64,000 nucleotides of DNA from Gammaproteobacteria bacterium (GCA_965221695.1 OZ244905.1:2688001-2752000); one strand, 5' to 3'. Positions 10,909 to 21,916 are shown, counted from the stretch's first letter. Made by a program: numbers and translations. Notes: generated from the letters alone by a model not told the origin.

Positions 10909-11037
10909 AGTTCTGACCCCGAGATCATAGTTGACCCCATAGTTGGCCCCGGAGTTGATAGGTCTCCGACCACTGCGCCGTCGAACAGCGTGCCGGCGGC
11001 TACCCGTCACGATCCGGCCGGTCATCACATCCTGTTG

Positions 11038-11306
11038 CTAGTACTCTTTCAACTTAATTTTGACATATTCAGCGGGTCGGGAAGCGGTTGAGCGCAAGGC
11101 GCGGCGCGCAGGGAATGGCGCGCCCTTCGCAAGCGGCGTAACGCAGCGGGCGACCGCTTCCCGGCCCGCCCGCAGGGAGCCCCACAGCGACGCCAATACG
11201 GCGTTGCAGCCCTTGGCAAGGACTCGCCATTCCCGGCGGGCTGCGCCTTGTCTTGTCGTCGCTGTGTGGCTCTGAACATGTCAAAATTAAGTTGAAAGAG
11301 TACTAG
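11038..11306. mobile_element. MITE-like element with 35-bp terminal inverted repeats bounded by CTAG
   Basis: ctagtactctttcaacttaattttgacatattcag (11038-11072) vs ctgaacatgtcaaaattaagttgaaagagtactag (11272-11306): one mismatch; GC-rich hairpin interior; no transposase. Confidence 0.8.
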
Positions 11307-11331
11307 ACTGTCTGACAGATACTGAAATCTG

Positions 11332-12282
11332 TCACCTCCCGGCCTGACTGATATTCTGTCTTGCCTGTTCCAGTATTTCACAGAGTTGCCGCGTTCCCTG
11401 CAGAATCCGGGGAGTATGGCGCTGGATAATGTCAGGGTCTATGAAAAACAGGTTGCCGTACCTTACAGCGTTGACGAAAGACCATTGCTTCCAGTCATCC
11501 AGCCAGTCCGGTCTCGCTTCGTTCATCCCGCTGACGATGATGGTGTCGGGATTTTCCGCCAACACAGCCTCCTTGCCCACCGCCGGCGTAGGGCTGCCCA
11601 GGCCGGCAAATATATTGGAACCGCCGCATAACCGGATCACATTACCGATGATCTGCCTGTCCGTAACGGTGATCAGCGGACTGGGCCAGACCTGGTAGAA
11701 AACGGTAACTTTCTCCAGTCCCGAGTACCTGTTGCGCAACCCCGAGAGCCTGTCAATATAAGCCTGGGCAACGGCCCGGGCTCCGGCTTCCCGCCCTCCG
11801 AGGATTCCGAACCGGATGATATCCGCGGCAACATCTTCAAGCTCGCTAGGCTCATTCACATAGACGGTCAGACCCAGTTTCATTAGTCTCTCAACCTGTT
11901 GGTATTGATTCCCCTCTTTCCAGGCAACCACCAGGTCGGGTTGCAGGGCCAGTATCGTTTCTATATCGATATTGTTATACCCGCCCACCGTCGGAATCCT
12001 GCGCGCCGCCGCCGGGTAGTCACTGTAAGCGACTGCCCCAATGACCCTGTCACCGATGCCCGCGGCAAACAGGTTCTCAGTGATGTGCGGCGCCAGGCTG
12101 ACGATGCGCGTGGCCGGTTGTTCCAACGTTACCGTCCGCCCGATATCGTCGACCGCGGTGATCACTCGGGCGCCGTATGCGCTATCAGGGGTCAGCGTAA
12201 CCATACCCAGCAACAGCGCTGCGCAAGTTACCAGCGACCGGTTTTTTTCTTTGGCCCGGGATATCTGCTCTATACTGTCCAT
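11332..12282 (-). CDS. btuF: cobalamin-binding periplasmic protein BtuF
   Basis: [51 protein letters not shown]; start trimmed to avoid overlap with cobQ. Confidence 0.88.
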   Translation of the reverse strand: MDSIEQISRAKEKNRSLVTCAALLLGMVTLTPDSAYGARVITAVDDIGRTVTLEQPATRIVSLAPHITENLFAAGIGDRVIGAVAYSDYPAAARRIPTVGGYNNIDIETILALQPDLVVAWKEGNQYQQVERLMKLGLTVYVNEPSELEDVAADIIRFGILGGREAGARAVAQAYIDRLSGLRNRYSGLEKVTVFYQVWPSPLITVTDRQIIGNVIRLCGGSNIFAGLGSPTPAVGKEAVLAENPDTIIVSGMNEARPDWLDDWKQWSFVNAVRYGNLFFIDPDIIQRHTPRILQGTRQLCEILEQARQNISQAGR

Positions 12283-12304
12283 CTCAAATTTATCTCCGAT
12301 AGCA

Positions 12305-13786
12305 ATGCCTGCTGAAACCATAATGATACAAGGCACGACCTCCGATGCCGGCAAAAGCATACTGGTCACAGGGCTATGCCGGGTCCTGGCTCGTGCGGGA
12401 TTATCCGTCACGCCATTCAAACCACAGAATATGGCATTGAATTCCGCTGTTACCGTGGATGGCGGAGAAATCGGCCGCGCCCAGGCTCTGCAGGCCCGGG
12501 CCTGCGGCCTGGAACCCATGATCGATATGAATCCGGTGCTGCTGAAACCCAATACCGATATCGGCGCACAGGTAATCGTACACGGCAGGGTCGACTCAAC
12601 CCTGGATGCACAAGCATACCATGAAAGAAAACCTGCTTTGCTGCACGCCGTGATGGAATCCTATCGGCGTTTGCAGGACAGTTATCAGTATATCGTGGTA
12701 GAAGGCGCCGGCAGCCCGGCGGAGATTAACCTGCGGGATCGGGATATTGCCAACATGGGTTTCGCCGAAGTGGCCGATTGCCCGGTTGTCCTGATCGCTG
12801 ATATCGACAAGGGCGGCGTGTTCGCGCACCTGGTCGGGACGCTAGCCCTGCTCAGCGACAGCGAACGGCAACGGGTGAGCGGATTTGTGATCAACAAGTT
12901 CCGCGGTGATATTGAATTGTTACGCCCGGGGTTGTCTTGGCTGGAACAGAACACGGACAAGAAGGTATTGGGGGTGTTGCCTTACTTGCACGGGTTACAC
13001 CTGGACGCGGAAGACGCGATCTCGCCGAATGCGGATGTTCTGCCGCAACAACACGCGCTCAAAGTCATCGCCCCGGTATTTCCCCGCATCAGCAACCATA
13101 CCGATTTCGACCCATTACGCTTGCACCCACAGGTGGATTTCAGGTTTATCGGTCCCGGGCAGGCAATCCCACCCGCTGACTTGATCATATTACCGGGCAC
13201 CAAGAACGTGCGCAATGACCTGCAATGGATGCAAGACAACCACTGGTTCCCGGCCATCTATCGGCACCTGCGTTATGGAGGAAAACTCATCGGTATCTGC
13301 GGTGGCTACCAGATGCTGGGATCGGTTATCGCCGACCCTTTGGGCATAGAAGGCAAACCTGGCAGCAGCGAGGGCCTTGGCTTGCTGCAGATGGAAACGG
13401 AGTTGCGCCCGCAAAAACAGTTGAAACGGCTACGCGCTCGCCTGGCGTTCGATGATACCCCGGTCGAGGGTTACGAGATACATGCCGGGATCACGCGAGG
13501 TAAAGCTCTGCAAAGGCCGGCAGTGCTGTTACCGGACAGGCAGGATGGCGCGATCTCCGAAGACAACAGCATCCTGGGGTGTTACCTGCATGGCCTGTTC
13601 GATGACGACGCGGCTTGTTCAGCTTTACTGCAATGGGCGGGCCTGGAACGGCCACAGGCAACGGATTACCGCGCCATCAGAGAGCAGCAGATCGACCGCC
13701 TGGCCGATGTGATAGAAGAAGAGATCGATTTAACAAGATTATTCCCGCTGCCCCATACCATTCCCGCGAAAGCGGGAATCTACTGA
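12305..13786 (+). CDS. cobQ: cobyric acid synthase
   Basis: [59 protein letters not shown]. Confidence 0.95.
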   Translation: MPAETIMIQGTTSDAGKSILVTGLCRVLARAGLSVTPFKPQNMALNSAVTVDGGEIGRAQALQARACGLEPMIDMNPVLLKPNTDIGAQVIVHGRVDSTLDAQAYHERKPALLHAVMESYRRLQDSYQYIVVEGAGSPAEINLRDRDIANMGFAEVADCPVVLIADIDKGGVFAHLVGTLALLSDSERQRVSGFVINKFRGDIELLRPGLSWLEQNTDKKVLGVLPYLHGLHLDAEDAISPNADVLPQQHALKVIAPVFPRISNHTDFDPLRLHPQVDFRFIGPGQAIPPADLIILPGTKNVRNDLQWMQDNHWFPAIYRHLRYGGKLIGICGGYQMLGSVIADPLGIEGKPGSSEGLGLLQMETELRPQKQLKRLRARLAFDDTPVEGYEIHAGITRGKALQRPAVLLPDRQDGAISEDNSILGCYLHGLFDDDAACSALLQWAGLERPQATDYRAIREQQIDRLADVIEEEIDLTRLFPLPHTIPAKAGIY

Positions 13787-13972
13787 GACAAGGGGTCGCC
13801 CTGCGGGCGACACTGAATTTGACTGGACTCCCGCTTTCGCGGGAGTGGTATGGTGGCGGTGTTCACGGACATGCCCCCTATCCCATTCCCGTGAAAACGG
13901 GAATCCAGTGAGACAAAGAGTCGCCTTTCGGGCGACACTGTATTGACTGGACTCCTGCTCTTGGGGGAGTGA
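13755..13972. repeat. two tandem REP/dRS3-like palindromic units (ATTCCCGCGAAAGCGGGAAT type)
   Basis: cattcccgcgaaagcgggaatc...gtcgccctgcgggcgac...gactcccgctttcgcgggagtg, then a degenerate second unit. Confidence 0.8.
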
Positions 13973-14061
13973 TACGAGGGAATGCCTTGGCCTTAGGCAA
14001 CAGTTACGTGCAATCGGGGCGTTCGGATCACTGAAAAATGGTTTATAATCGCCGCTGTATG

Positions 14062-14251
14062 CAGGTTTCCACCGGGCAGGTCTGCCGGGTGGATTAACGG
14101 GAAGCCTGGTGAGCTTTCACAAGTGATTCCAGCACTGCCCCCGCAACGGTGATCAGCCTTGGTCCCGGACGTTACCACTGTGCATCGCATGGGAAGGTGT
14201 TCGGGACGTTGACTGGCGACAGTCAGCGCTGTCAGTCCGGAGACCGACCTG
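14062..14251 (+). ncRNA. cobalamin (AdoCbl) riboswitch
   Basis: caggt...aacgggaagcctggtg...attccagcactgcccccgcaacggtga...ccactg...gggaagg...agtccggagaccgacctg (B12-box features), directly upstream of btuB. Confidence 0.92.
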
Positions 14252-14416
14252 GATATGCCGGACCGGGACCAGCCCGCGTGACTCACCATCTGGTGTGAAA
14301 CACGTCTGAAGCCCGGCGCCGTTAATGACATGTTGCGGAGGGCGGCATAGGGCATTCACCTGCTCATTGTTCCCTCTTTGCTGCTGTCTGAGTTCGAATT
14401 CTACGGGAGTGAAGAT

Positions 14417-16237
14417 GTGAACAAAGCAGTTATCCGGGCGCTGCTGGTTTGCGCCGTTCTCTACGGGCCGGTGATCCAGGCAGCCCAGCAGGAAGAAATT
14501 ATCGTAACCGGGACGCGCGCGCCCATTGAAGCAAACAGGTTGCCGGCTGCTGTTACCGTGATTGATCGGGCGGAGATCGAGAAGCGGCAAGTACAGTCCC
14601 TGCCTGATCTGTTGCGCGGCATCGCCGGGATAGACGTGGCGGTCAGCGGCGGCTACGGCAAAGCGGCGGCGGTCCGCCTGCGCGGCACCGAGAACCATCA
14701 CGCGCTGGTCGTTGTTGATGGCGTCAGGGTTGGCTCGGCAACCCTTGGCTATGCACCCCTTCACCATACCCCCCTGGCGCATGTGGACCGTATCGAAATC
14801 CTGCGCGGTCCCCGTTCCAGTCTCTGGGGGTCTGAGGCGTTGGGCGGCGTGATTCTGATATCCACCCGCAGGGGTTCAGGAGAAAAGCCCCGTTACAGCC
14901 TGGATGCGGGTGGCGGGTCTTACGGCGCCTTCGAAGTTACCGGCGGCGTCAGCGGCGCATACCGGGATTTTGACTACAGCGCTGCCGTTTCTCGATTTGA
15001 TACCCGCGGTATCGATGCGAGACAACCTATCAGCGGCCTGTTTGGTGTCGACCAGCCGGATAAAGACGGTTATGACAATCTTTCCATGCAGTTGCGCGCG
15101 GGCTATGAATTCAGCGCTGACGGCAGGATCGAGGCCTTCCTCCTGAGGACGGAAGGTACTACAGAATACGACGGTAACTTCCAGGATGAGACCGACTACC
15201 TGCAACAGGTCGCAGGTGGTTCGCTTTCAATCAGCCCGCTCGAGCGCTGGAACATGTCTTTGCAGTTGTCTGAGTCCCGGGATGAAGCAGATAATTTCTC
15301 CCCGTCGGGTGGGCGCTCTTCACGCTTCGACAGCCGGCTCCGGCAGTTGTCATGGCAAAACCATATCGCGTTGTTGAATGATAATTCATTGACATTCGGT
15401 GTGGATTACCGGGAAGACAAGGTCAGCAGTTCCAGCGGCTACGACCGCACCCGTCGAAACAACACTGGCCTGTTCGGACAGTACGGCGTGGATTTTCACG
15501 GCCACCAGTTACTGGCATCGGTTCGCTGGGACGATGATGGGGTATTTGGCGACAAGACGACAGGGGGAGTGGGTTGGAATTACGCCTGGGGTGACGCGCT
15601 GCGTGTGTATGCCGCATACGGTACCGCTTACCGGACGCCCACTTTTAATGAGCTGTTTTTTCCTTTTTTCGGTAATCCGGACCTGCGGCCGGAGACCGCC
15701 GATTCCTGGGAAGCGGGACTGGAGGGCCGGCATGCGCGTTTCCGCTGGCATTTGCGGGCGTATCACATGCAGGCGGAGGACCTCATCGTTACCGTCTGTG
15801 ACCAGTTTTTCAACTGTGCCCCGGAAAACGCCAACGAGGCTGAAATAACCGGTGTGGAGGGCGAGCTTTACGCGCAATGGAATAATTGGGATGCCGTGCT
15901 GGCTGTGGAATATCTCGATCCCGAGGATAAAAACACGGGGAACAGGCTGGCACGCCGGGTGAAGCAGCGGTTATCGATTGACCTCAGACGGGATTTGGGC
16001 AGATTCAGCTTCGGCACACGACTGCTTGCCGAAGGGAATCGGTTCGATAATGCCGCCAACACGATCAGGGTCGGCGGGTTCGTGACGCTGGATTTATCGG
16101 CAGAGTACCGTCTAAATGAGCGCCTGACATTACGCGCAAAGGCGGCAAACCTGCTGGACAAGTCGTACCAGACTGTCAATACCTACAACTCCTTCGATCG
16201 GAACTTCTTCTTGTCGTTCCATTATCGAAGCCGATGA
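14417..16237 (+). CDS. btuB: TonB-dependent cobalamin receptor
   Basis: TonB box EEIIVTGTR, plug RIEILRGPRSSLWGSEALGGVI, NPDLRPE, NLLDK.Y; riboswitch upstream; GTG start at 14417 assumed. Confidence 0.9.
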   Translation: MNKAVIRALLVCAVLYGPVIQAAQQEEIIVTGTRAPIEANRLPAAVTVIDRAEIEKRQVQSLPDLLRGIAGIDVAVSGGYGKAAAVRLRGTENHHALVVVDGVRVGSATLGYAPLHHTPLAHVDRIEILRGPRSSLWGSEALGGVILISTRRGSGEKPRYSLDAGGGSYGAFEVTGGVSGAYRDFDYSAAVSRFDTRGIDARQPISGLFGVDQPDKDGYDNLSMQLRAGYEFSADGRIEAFLLRTEGTTEYDGNFQDETDYLQQVAGGSLSISPLERWNMSLQLSESRDEADNFSPSGGRSSRFDSRLRQLSWQNHIALLNDNSLTFGVDYREDKVSSSSGYDRTRRNNTGLFGQYGVDFHGHQLLASVRWDDDGVFGDKTTGGVGWNYAWGDALRVYAAYGTAYRTPTFNELFFPFFGNPDLRPETADSWEAGLEGRHARFRWHLRAYHMQAEDLIVTVCDQFFNCAPENANEAEITGVEGELYAQWNNWDAVLAVEYLDPEDKNTGNRLARRVKQRLSIDLRRDLGRFSFGTRLLAEGNRFDNAANTIRVGGFVTLDLSAEYRLNERLTLRAKAANLLDKSYQTVNTYNSFDRNFFLSFHYRSR

Positions 16238-16306
16238 ACTGACAAGGGCGCCGGGCGCGCTGGCGCTCTTTCAACCTGGGATTGCCGCATGAATACTTGG
16301 GCAAGC

Positions 16307-16495
16307 TAAGGAACCTCTGGATTAAGTCAGAGTTTCCCTAAGGAAACTCTGAACAAGTCCATCCTGGACTTGTCAGAGTACGGAAAGCAAAAATGCGATT
16401 TTTGTTTTCCTCACAAAATCAATGTCTTACAGTCATTGATATTGACGATACATCCTTGTATCGTAGGAACCTCTGACTTAATCAGAGGTTCCCTA
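16307..16495. mobile_element. IS5-like MITE family (GGAACCTCTG...CAGAGGTTCC ends): a ~30-bp solo end pair plus a ~155-bp full copy
   Basis: taa-ggaacctctggattaagtcagagtttccc-taa-ggaaactctgaacaagtccatcctggactt...ggaacctctgacttaatcagaggttccc-taa; near-identical inverted copy at 35923-36079. Confidence 0.8.
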
Positions 16496-16594
16496 ATATT
16501 ACAAAGAGTTTTGTTGTCCACTGGATTCCTGCTGTTGCGGTAATGGTATAGATTGGCGGACAATATCAGGTTGAATAACCCATGAGATTGAAAG

Positions 16595-17200
16595 ATGACC
16601 GACAAGACAATCAGCGCTGACGAGCACAAGCAGAAGATGCAGGAGCAGCAACGCCAGGTGCGCGCCAAGATCGCGGCGGCGAAAACAAGGCGCGGGATCA
16701 TCCTCTACCTGTACGGCAACGGCAAGGGAAAAAGCAGTTCGGCATTCGGCACCCTGGCCAGAAGCATTGGTCACGGTAAAAAAGGCGCGGTGGTGCAATT
16801 CATCAAGGGTAAATGGAAGACCGGGGAGCAAGCGATTTTCAAACAACTGGGCGTGAAACACCTGGTTATGGCAACTGGGTTTACCTGGGACACCCAGGAC
16901 CGGGAGAAGGACATCGCCGCCGCGGCAGCGGTCTGGAACGACGCGCTCCCGTTGTTCCGGGACCCTGCTTACGATATTGTGGTCCTCGATGAAATAACCT
17001 ACATGTTCAAGTATGGCTACCTGCCGGCAGACGCCGTCTGCGAAGTCCTGCTGGCCCGGCCGGAGAAACAGAACGTGATTATCACCGGCAGGGACCCGAT
17101 CCCGGAATTGCTGGAGATTGCCGATACCATCAGCGAGGTCAAGGAAATCCGCCATGCCTTCCACCAGGGCATCAAGGCACAGAAAGGCATAGAGTATTAA
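16595..17200 (+). CDS. cobO: cob(I)yrinic acid a,c-diamide adenosyltransferase (CobO/BtuR)
   Basis: GNGKGKSSSAFG, VVQFIKG, GFTWDTQ, VVLDEI, ITGR, HAF..GIKAQKGIEY. Confidence 0.94.
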   Translation: MTDKTISADEHKQKMQEQQRQVRAKIAAAKTRRGIILYLYGNGKGKSSSAFGTLARSIGHGKKGAVVQFIKGKWKTGEQAIFKQLGVKHLVMATGFTWDTQDREKDIAAAAAVWNDALPLFRDPAYDIVVLDEITYMFKYGYLPADAVCEVLLARPEKQNVIITGRDPIPELLEIADTISEVKEIRHAFHQGIKAQKGIEY

Positions 17201-17360
17201 AGAAGCTCTGAACAAGTCCATCCTGGACTTGCCAGAGCACGCACAACAAAAATGCGATTTTGTTGTGCTCACATATTCAATAACTTGCAGTCATTGAATA
17301 TGGCGATACATCCTTGAATCGCAAGAAGCTCTGAACAAGTCCATCCTGGACTTGACAGAG
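17201..17360. mobile_element. diverged copy of the same IS5-like MITE
   Basis: gaagctctgaacaagtccatcctggactt...aaaaatgcgatttt...cagtcattga...gatacatccttg, with the left end repeated internally. Confidence 0.75.
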
Positions 17361-17365
17361 ATTAC

Positions 17366-19036
17366 TTAACCGGAACCTGCGAGCATTTCCCGCGCATGAT
17401 CACGGGACTGTTGCGATATCCTGATGCCGCCCAGCATGCGGGCGATTTCTTCCACCCGTTGTTCATCCGTCAGCACATCGACCCGGGTTTCAGTGGTTAT
17501 ACTGTCGGAGGTTTTCGTTACCCTGAAGTGGTTATCGCCCTGCGAGGCTACCTGCGGCAAATGGGTAACGCACAGTACCTGCCGGCGTTCCGCTAAGCTG
17601 TGTAACCGGTTGCCGACGATTTCCGCGATCCCGCCGGCAATTCCCGCGTCCACTTCGTCGAAAATCAACGTCGACGCGCCGCTGTCCCGGTTTGCGCTGA
17701 CCTGCAGCGCAAGGCCGATGCGCGACAGTTCACCGCCGGAGGCGACTTTTCTCAGCGGTAACAACGCTTGCCCGGGATTGGTGGAAACGAGGAATTCCAC
17801 CTGGTTGTTCCCGTTTCTGTGGGGTTTCAGGTCCGCACCCGGGGTGACATTGATTTGAAATCTCCCTTCAGGCATACCCAGGGTACGTATTCTGTCGCTG
17901 ATGTCCGTAGCCATGTCTGCCGCGCACCGGCGCCGGCATTCACCCAGTTCATCTGCGGCCGATCGGTATTCCTCCAGCGCCCGTTGTTGTTCCTGTTCGA
18001 GTTCCGCCTGGCGCGTGCGATTGTGCTCCAGCGTACCCAGTTGCTGCGTTATCAATTGCTGGTGCGCGTAAAGCTGTTGCGGCTGTACCCGGTGTTTGCG
18101 GGCCAAATCGTGCAACTTCCCCATGCGTTGTTCCACCTCACCCAGGCGCGCAGGGTCCTGGTCCAGCTTGCCCAGGTAAGAGCGCAGTTCGTCGCTGGCC
18201 TCGGCAATGTGCAGAGACGCATTCTCCAGCAGTCCGGTTATGGTTGCCAGGGTTGAATCGAAGCGTTCCAGGTCAGCGAGATCCTTTTTGATGTGGTTGA
18301 TCCTGTCGTTTGCCGACTTTTCGCCGGTATATAATCCGTCCAGGGCCTGTTGTGCCGTTTCCAGCAAGCTGTGCATGTTGACCAGACGCTTGTAATCATG
18401 TTCCAGCCGTTCCACTTCGTTCTCTTCCACTTCAAGCGCCTGCAGTTCCTCCACCTGGTACCTGAGCAGGGATAATCGTTCACCTGCATCTCCGTCAGGT
18501 TCGGTGAGTGCACGCAAGGCCCTGTCTATTTCGTCCCAGTGTTCGTATGCCCGACTGACCCGCGCCAGGACCTCGTCATAGTCCCCGAAGCCGTCCAGCA
18601 ATTCCCTTTGCGCATCTCTTTTCAACAACTTCTGGTGTTCGTGTTGCCCATGGATATCTATCAGCAGCGCGCCGATGTCGCGCAGTAACTGCAAGGGGAC
18701 GGGAGTGGTATCGATATAAGCGCGCGAAGGGCCTTCCCTGTTAACCGCCCGGCGCAACAGCAATTCGTTTTCTGCGCAGGTGATGGACTGTTCGTCCAGT
18801 AATTGCATCAGCGACTCATTTCCACCCACATCGAACAGCGCGCTGATCTCGGCGCGTGCGCACCCGGTTCGTATCACTGTGGTATCCGCCCGGTCGCCCA
18901 GCACCAGCCCCAGGGCATCGATCAAAATGGATTTGCCGGCGCCGGTCTCGCCGGTAAGCACCGTCAGGCCCTCACAGAACGACAGCTCGAGATTTTCAAT
19001 TACCGCCAGATTGTTAATACAAAGATGTTTCAGCAT
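17366..19036 (-). CDS. recN: DNA repair protein RecN
   Basis: LTGETGAGKS, IHGQHEHQ, ASGGELSR, FDEVDAGI, QVLCVTHLPQVA. Confidence 0.97.
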   Translation of the reverse strand: MLKHLCINNLAVIENLELSFCEGLTVLTGETGAGKSILIDALGLVLGDRADTTVIRTGCARAEISALFDVGGNESLMQLLDEQSITCAENELLLRRAVNREGPSRAYIDTTPVPLQLLRDIGALLIDIHGQHEHQKLLKRDAQRELLDGFGDYDEVLARVSRAYEHWDEIDRALRALTEPDGDAGERLSLLRYQVEELQALEVEENEVERLEHDYKRLVNMHSLLETAQQALDGLYTGEKSANDRINHIKKDLADLERFDSTLATITGLLENASLHIAEASDELRSYLGKLDQDPARLGEVEQRMGKLHDLARKHRVQPQQLYAHQQLITQQLGTLEHNRTRQAELEQEQQRALEEYRSAADELGECRRRCAADMATDISDRIRTLGMPEGRFQINVTPGADLKPHRNGNNQVEFLVSTNPGQALLPLRKVASGGELSRIGLALQVSANRDSGASTLIFDEVDAGIAGGIAEIVGNRLHSLAERRQVLCVTHLPQVASQGDNHFRVTKTSDSITTETRVDVLTDEQRVEEIARMLGGIRISQQSRDHAREMLAGSG

Positions 19037-19048
19037 CGGGTAACCGGC

Positions 19049-19915
19049 TCAACCCCAATTCAGTTTATCCCTGAGGATCTTGAAGTGATCATGGTCCGCA
19101 GGATGGATCAGCCGTATTTTCTTGTCCTTCTTCTGTATGTTCACCTTGTCGCCGGTAACCAGTTCACAGACGATTTCTCCGTCGCAGGTCAGGTAAGCGC
19201 GATCAATTTGCGGCGTACCGATGATGACTTCCACTACGTTGTTGCCGTCAATGACCACCGGGCGGTTACTCAGGGTATGCGGGCAGATGGGGACCAGCAC
19301 CAGCGCGTTCAGCGCGGGATGCAATATCGGGCCTCCACCTGCCAGCGCGTAAGCGGTTGACCCGGTGGGAGAGGAGATGATCATGCCGTCGGAACGTTGC
19401 CGGTGAAGAAAATTACCGTCAACAAAGGTCTCGAGTTCTATCAGCTTGGCGATATTGCCTTTTTGTATGATGACATCGTTGAAAGCGTGGCTTTCCATCA
19501 GGGTCTTGCTCTGGCTTTCGATTTCGCAGTGTAATTGAAAGCGTTCATCCTCGATGAAGTTACCGCGCAGGATTTCGTCCAGCCGGCGGACCACCGCATT
19601 CGCGGGAATATCTGCCAGGAATCCCAGGCGTCCGCGGTTGATGCCCAGTAACGGCACGTTGTAATCGGCCAACAGGTGAGCGGCCCGCAACATGGTGCCA
19701 TCGCCACCTATGGCTATCGCGAGATCGCAGTTCATGCCGAAATATTCCGCATTTCCCTGCGGCAGATTCAGGTTGGGCACCAGCGTGGTGGAGAACTCAT
19801 CTAAGATAACTTCCTTTTTATGTTCCTGGAGGTAGTCTATAACTGTCTGTAAAGTATAAATTATTTCAGAAGTGCTATTATTTGTAATGATAGCTATGGT
19901 GTTGAACATGGTCAT
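19049..19915 (-). CDS. nadK: NAD kinase
   Basis: GGDGT, GINRGRLGFL, ND, DG.IISSPTGSTAY..A.GGPI. Confidence 0.95.
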   Translation of the reverse strand: MTMFNTIAIITNNSTSEIIYTLQTVIDYLQEHKKEVILDEFSTTLVPNLNLPQGNAEYFGMNCDLAIAIGGDGTMLRAAHLLADYNVPLLGINRGRLGFLADIPANAVVRRLDEILRGNFIEDERFQLHCEIESQSKTLMESHAFNDVIIQKGNIAKLIELETFVDGNFLHRQRSDGMIISSPTGSTAYALAGGGPILHPALNALVLVPICPHTLSNRPVVIDGNNVVEVIIGTPQIDRAYLTCDGEIVCELVTGDKVNIQKKDKKIRLIHPADHDHFKILRDKLNWG

Positions 19916-19996
19916 GGTTTATATTGGCCGGTGTCTTGACTCATCATGACTTAGCCGGTGATTTACCCGGTAATTTACCCAGTAACCGGGCAGGAT

Positions 19997-20023
19997 TTTG
20001 CACTGCCATGAATAGAGTGTTAA
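19997..20023 (+). promoter_or_regulatory. CIRCE-like operator (HrcA site)
   Basis: TTTGCACTG-N9(ccatgaata)-GAGTGTTAA vs consensus TTAGCACTC-N9-GAGTGCTAA; ~40 nt upstream of hrcA. Confidence 0.7.
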
Positions 20024-20061
20024 ATTTTCCATTGAGAAACTTTGCCACATTACACTGAACA

Positions 20062-21120
20062 ATGCCAAAAAATCGTCTGGAATCCGTACAGGATTTGAAT
20101 GAACGCAGTCTGCTTTTGTTCAAATCACTGGTGGAGCATTTCATCCACGATGGTCATCCGGTCGGTTCGCGTACCCTGTCCAGGGACTCGAACCTGGATC
20201 TGAGCCCGGCTACCATCCGCAATGTGATGGCCGACCTGGAGGACATGGGGCTATTGCGTTCTCCCCATACTTCGGCCGGACGCGTCCCCACGGCGCGCGG
20301 CTTCCGCCTGTTCGTTGACAGTCTGCTCAGCGTTGAACAACTGGAAGAACGAACGGTGGAGCGTATGGCGCGGGAGATGGAAGCGGAAGCCGATCTGCAG
20401 CACCTGGTTGTGCGCACGTCAAGCCTGCTGTCCGATATTACCAAGCTGGCCGCTGTGGTCATGCTGCCGCGCGTCAGGCGGAATTCGCTCGAACATATCG
20501 AATTCATCCCCCTGTCTGAGAATCGAATCCTGGTCATACTGGTGTTGAGTAACAAGGAGATCCAGAACCGGATCATACATACAGCAAAATCCTACCCGCA
20601 ATCTGAGTTGCAAAGAACCGCAAACTATCTCAACTCCACCTTTCGCGGCAAGGATCTGGAGACGATTCGCAGCGAGATGCTCACCGAGCTGAGAAGGCTT
20701 AAGAAAGACGTTAACGATCTGATGCAGACCGCCATCGAAATGGCACAAAAAGCGTTTGTGTCGCCAACCGCGGAGGATGACGTGGTGATTTCAGGGCATA
20801 CCAACCTGATGGGAGTGGCGGAACTGGGCGACCTGGAAAAATTGAAACGATTGTTCGAGAGCTTCAACCAGAAACGCGACATTCTTCACCTGCTGGAGAA
20901 CGCAATCAGCGCCAAGGGCGTGCAGATATTCATTGGCGAAGAATCCGGCTACGAGGTGCTGGATGATTGCAGTATTGTTACCTCTCCGTACCAGCGCGAA
21001 GGCCAGGTCCTCGGTGTGCTGGGTGTCATCGGGCCCACCCGTATGGATTACGAAAGAGTCATCCCGGTCGTGGATGTGACCGCAAGAATTCTGGGCTCGG
21101 TCTTGAATTCTACGAATTAG
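20062..21120 (+). CDS. hrcA: heat-inducible repressor HrcA
   Basis: PVGSRTL, SPATIRNVMADLE, PHTSAGRVPT, GVIGPTRMDY. Confidence 0.96.
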   Translation: MPKNRLESVQDLNERSLLLFKSLVEHFIHDGHPVGSRTLSRDSNLDLSPATIRNVMADLEDMGLLRSPHTSAGRVPTARGFRLFVDSLLSVEQLEERTVERMAREMEAEADLQHLVVRTSSLLSDITKLAAVVMLPRVRRNSLEHIEFIPLSENRILVILVLSNKEIQNRIIHTAKSYPQSELQRTANYLNSTFRGKDLETIRSEMLTELRRLKKDVNDLMQTAIEMAQKAFVSPTAEDDVVISGHTNLMGVAELGDLEKLKRLFESFNQKRDILHLLENAISAKGVQIFIGEESGYEVLDDCSIVTSPYQREGQVLGVLGVIGPTRMDYERVIPVVDVTARILGSVLNSTN

Positions 21121-21127
21121 TCCATAT
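21102..21127 (+). promoter_or_regulatory. sigma32-type promoter for grpE
   Basis: CTTGAA (21102-21107)-N14-CCATAT. Confidence 0.65.
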
Positions 21128-21205
21128 CTTCTTCTACGGGTAACAGGGCGCCGGTTGCGCGCGCCCGGAATTCATTATTATCGATCAGGACATAATGGTC
21201 TAATC

Positions 21206-21826
21206 ATGATGGTTGAAGAAAAACAAAATGCCGGCAACGGGGCAGAGCCTGTAACAAACGGGGGATCTTCCCCGGCTGAAGCACGGTCAGAAGAGGAGAT
21301 AACCGGAGCGGTACCCCTGGGTCAGGAGGAGGCCGGTGACGACCCGGACAAGATTTCTGAAGAGATTGCCGAACTCCAGCAGGAAAACGAACGGCTGAAC
21401 CTGGAAGTCCGGGAACATGCCGACAACGCGTTGCGCGCCTCGGCGGAACTGGAGAATATCCGTAAACGCACTGCGCGCGATGTTGAGAATGCCCATAAGT
21501 ACGCGCTGGAGCGCTTCCTTAATGAATTACTGCCGGTTATCGACAGTATGGAATTGGGCATGAACGCATCGCAGTCGGCGGAAGACATCGAGAGTTTGCG
21601 CGAAGGGATGGACCTTACCCTGAAGATGCTGCTCGACTGCCTGGAGAAGTTCGGGGTTAAAGCCATTGATCCGGCCGGTGATAAATTCGACCCCGAGTGG
21701 CATGAGGCCGTCTCCATGCAGGAACTGGAGGGCGCTGATTCAGGCAAGGTCATCAGCGTAATGCAAAAAGGCTATGAACTGAACGGGCGACTGGTCAGAC
21801 CGGCGATGGTAGTGGTTGCGAAATAG
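21206..21826 (+). CDS. grpE: nucleotide exchange factor GrpE
   Basis: LRA.AELENIRKR, FDP..HEA, QKGYELNGRLVRPAMVVV. Confidence 0.95.
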   Translation: MMVEEKQNAGNGAEPVTNGGSSPAEARSEEEITGAVPLGQEEAGDDPDKISEEIAELQQENERLNLEVREHADNALRASAELENIRKRTARDVENAHKYALERFLNELLPVIDSMELGMNASQSAEDIESLREGMDLTLKMLLDCLEKFGVKAIDPAGDKFDPEWHEAVSMQELEGADSGKVISVMQKGYELNGRLVRPAMVVVAK

Positions 21827-21916
21827 TGGGGTCAGATTATGGGGCCTGGGCAATATCAGTTTGGTATTTCTGGCGATTTCAGCGTTTCACCGAACCTTGC
21901 TGTGTCCCGCGTAATC

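Noticed and set aside
10910-10960. Short tgacccc/agttg tandem repeats after fur (a similar ggggtcag follows grpE)
   Set aside because: Too short and irregular to assign; possibly a repeat remnant.
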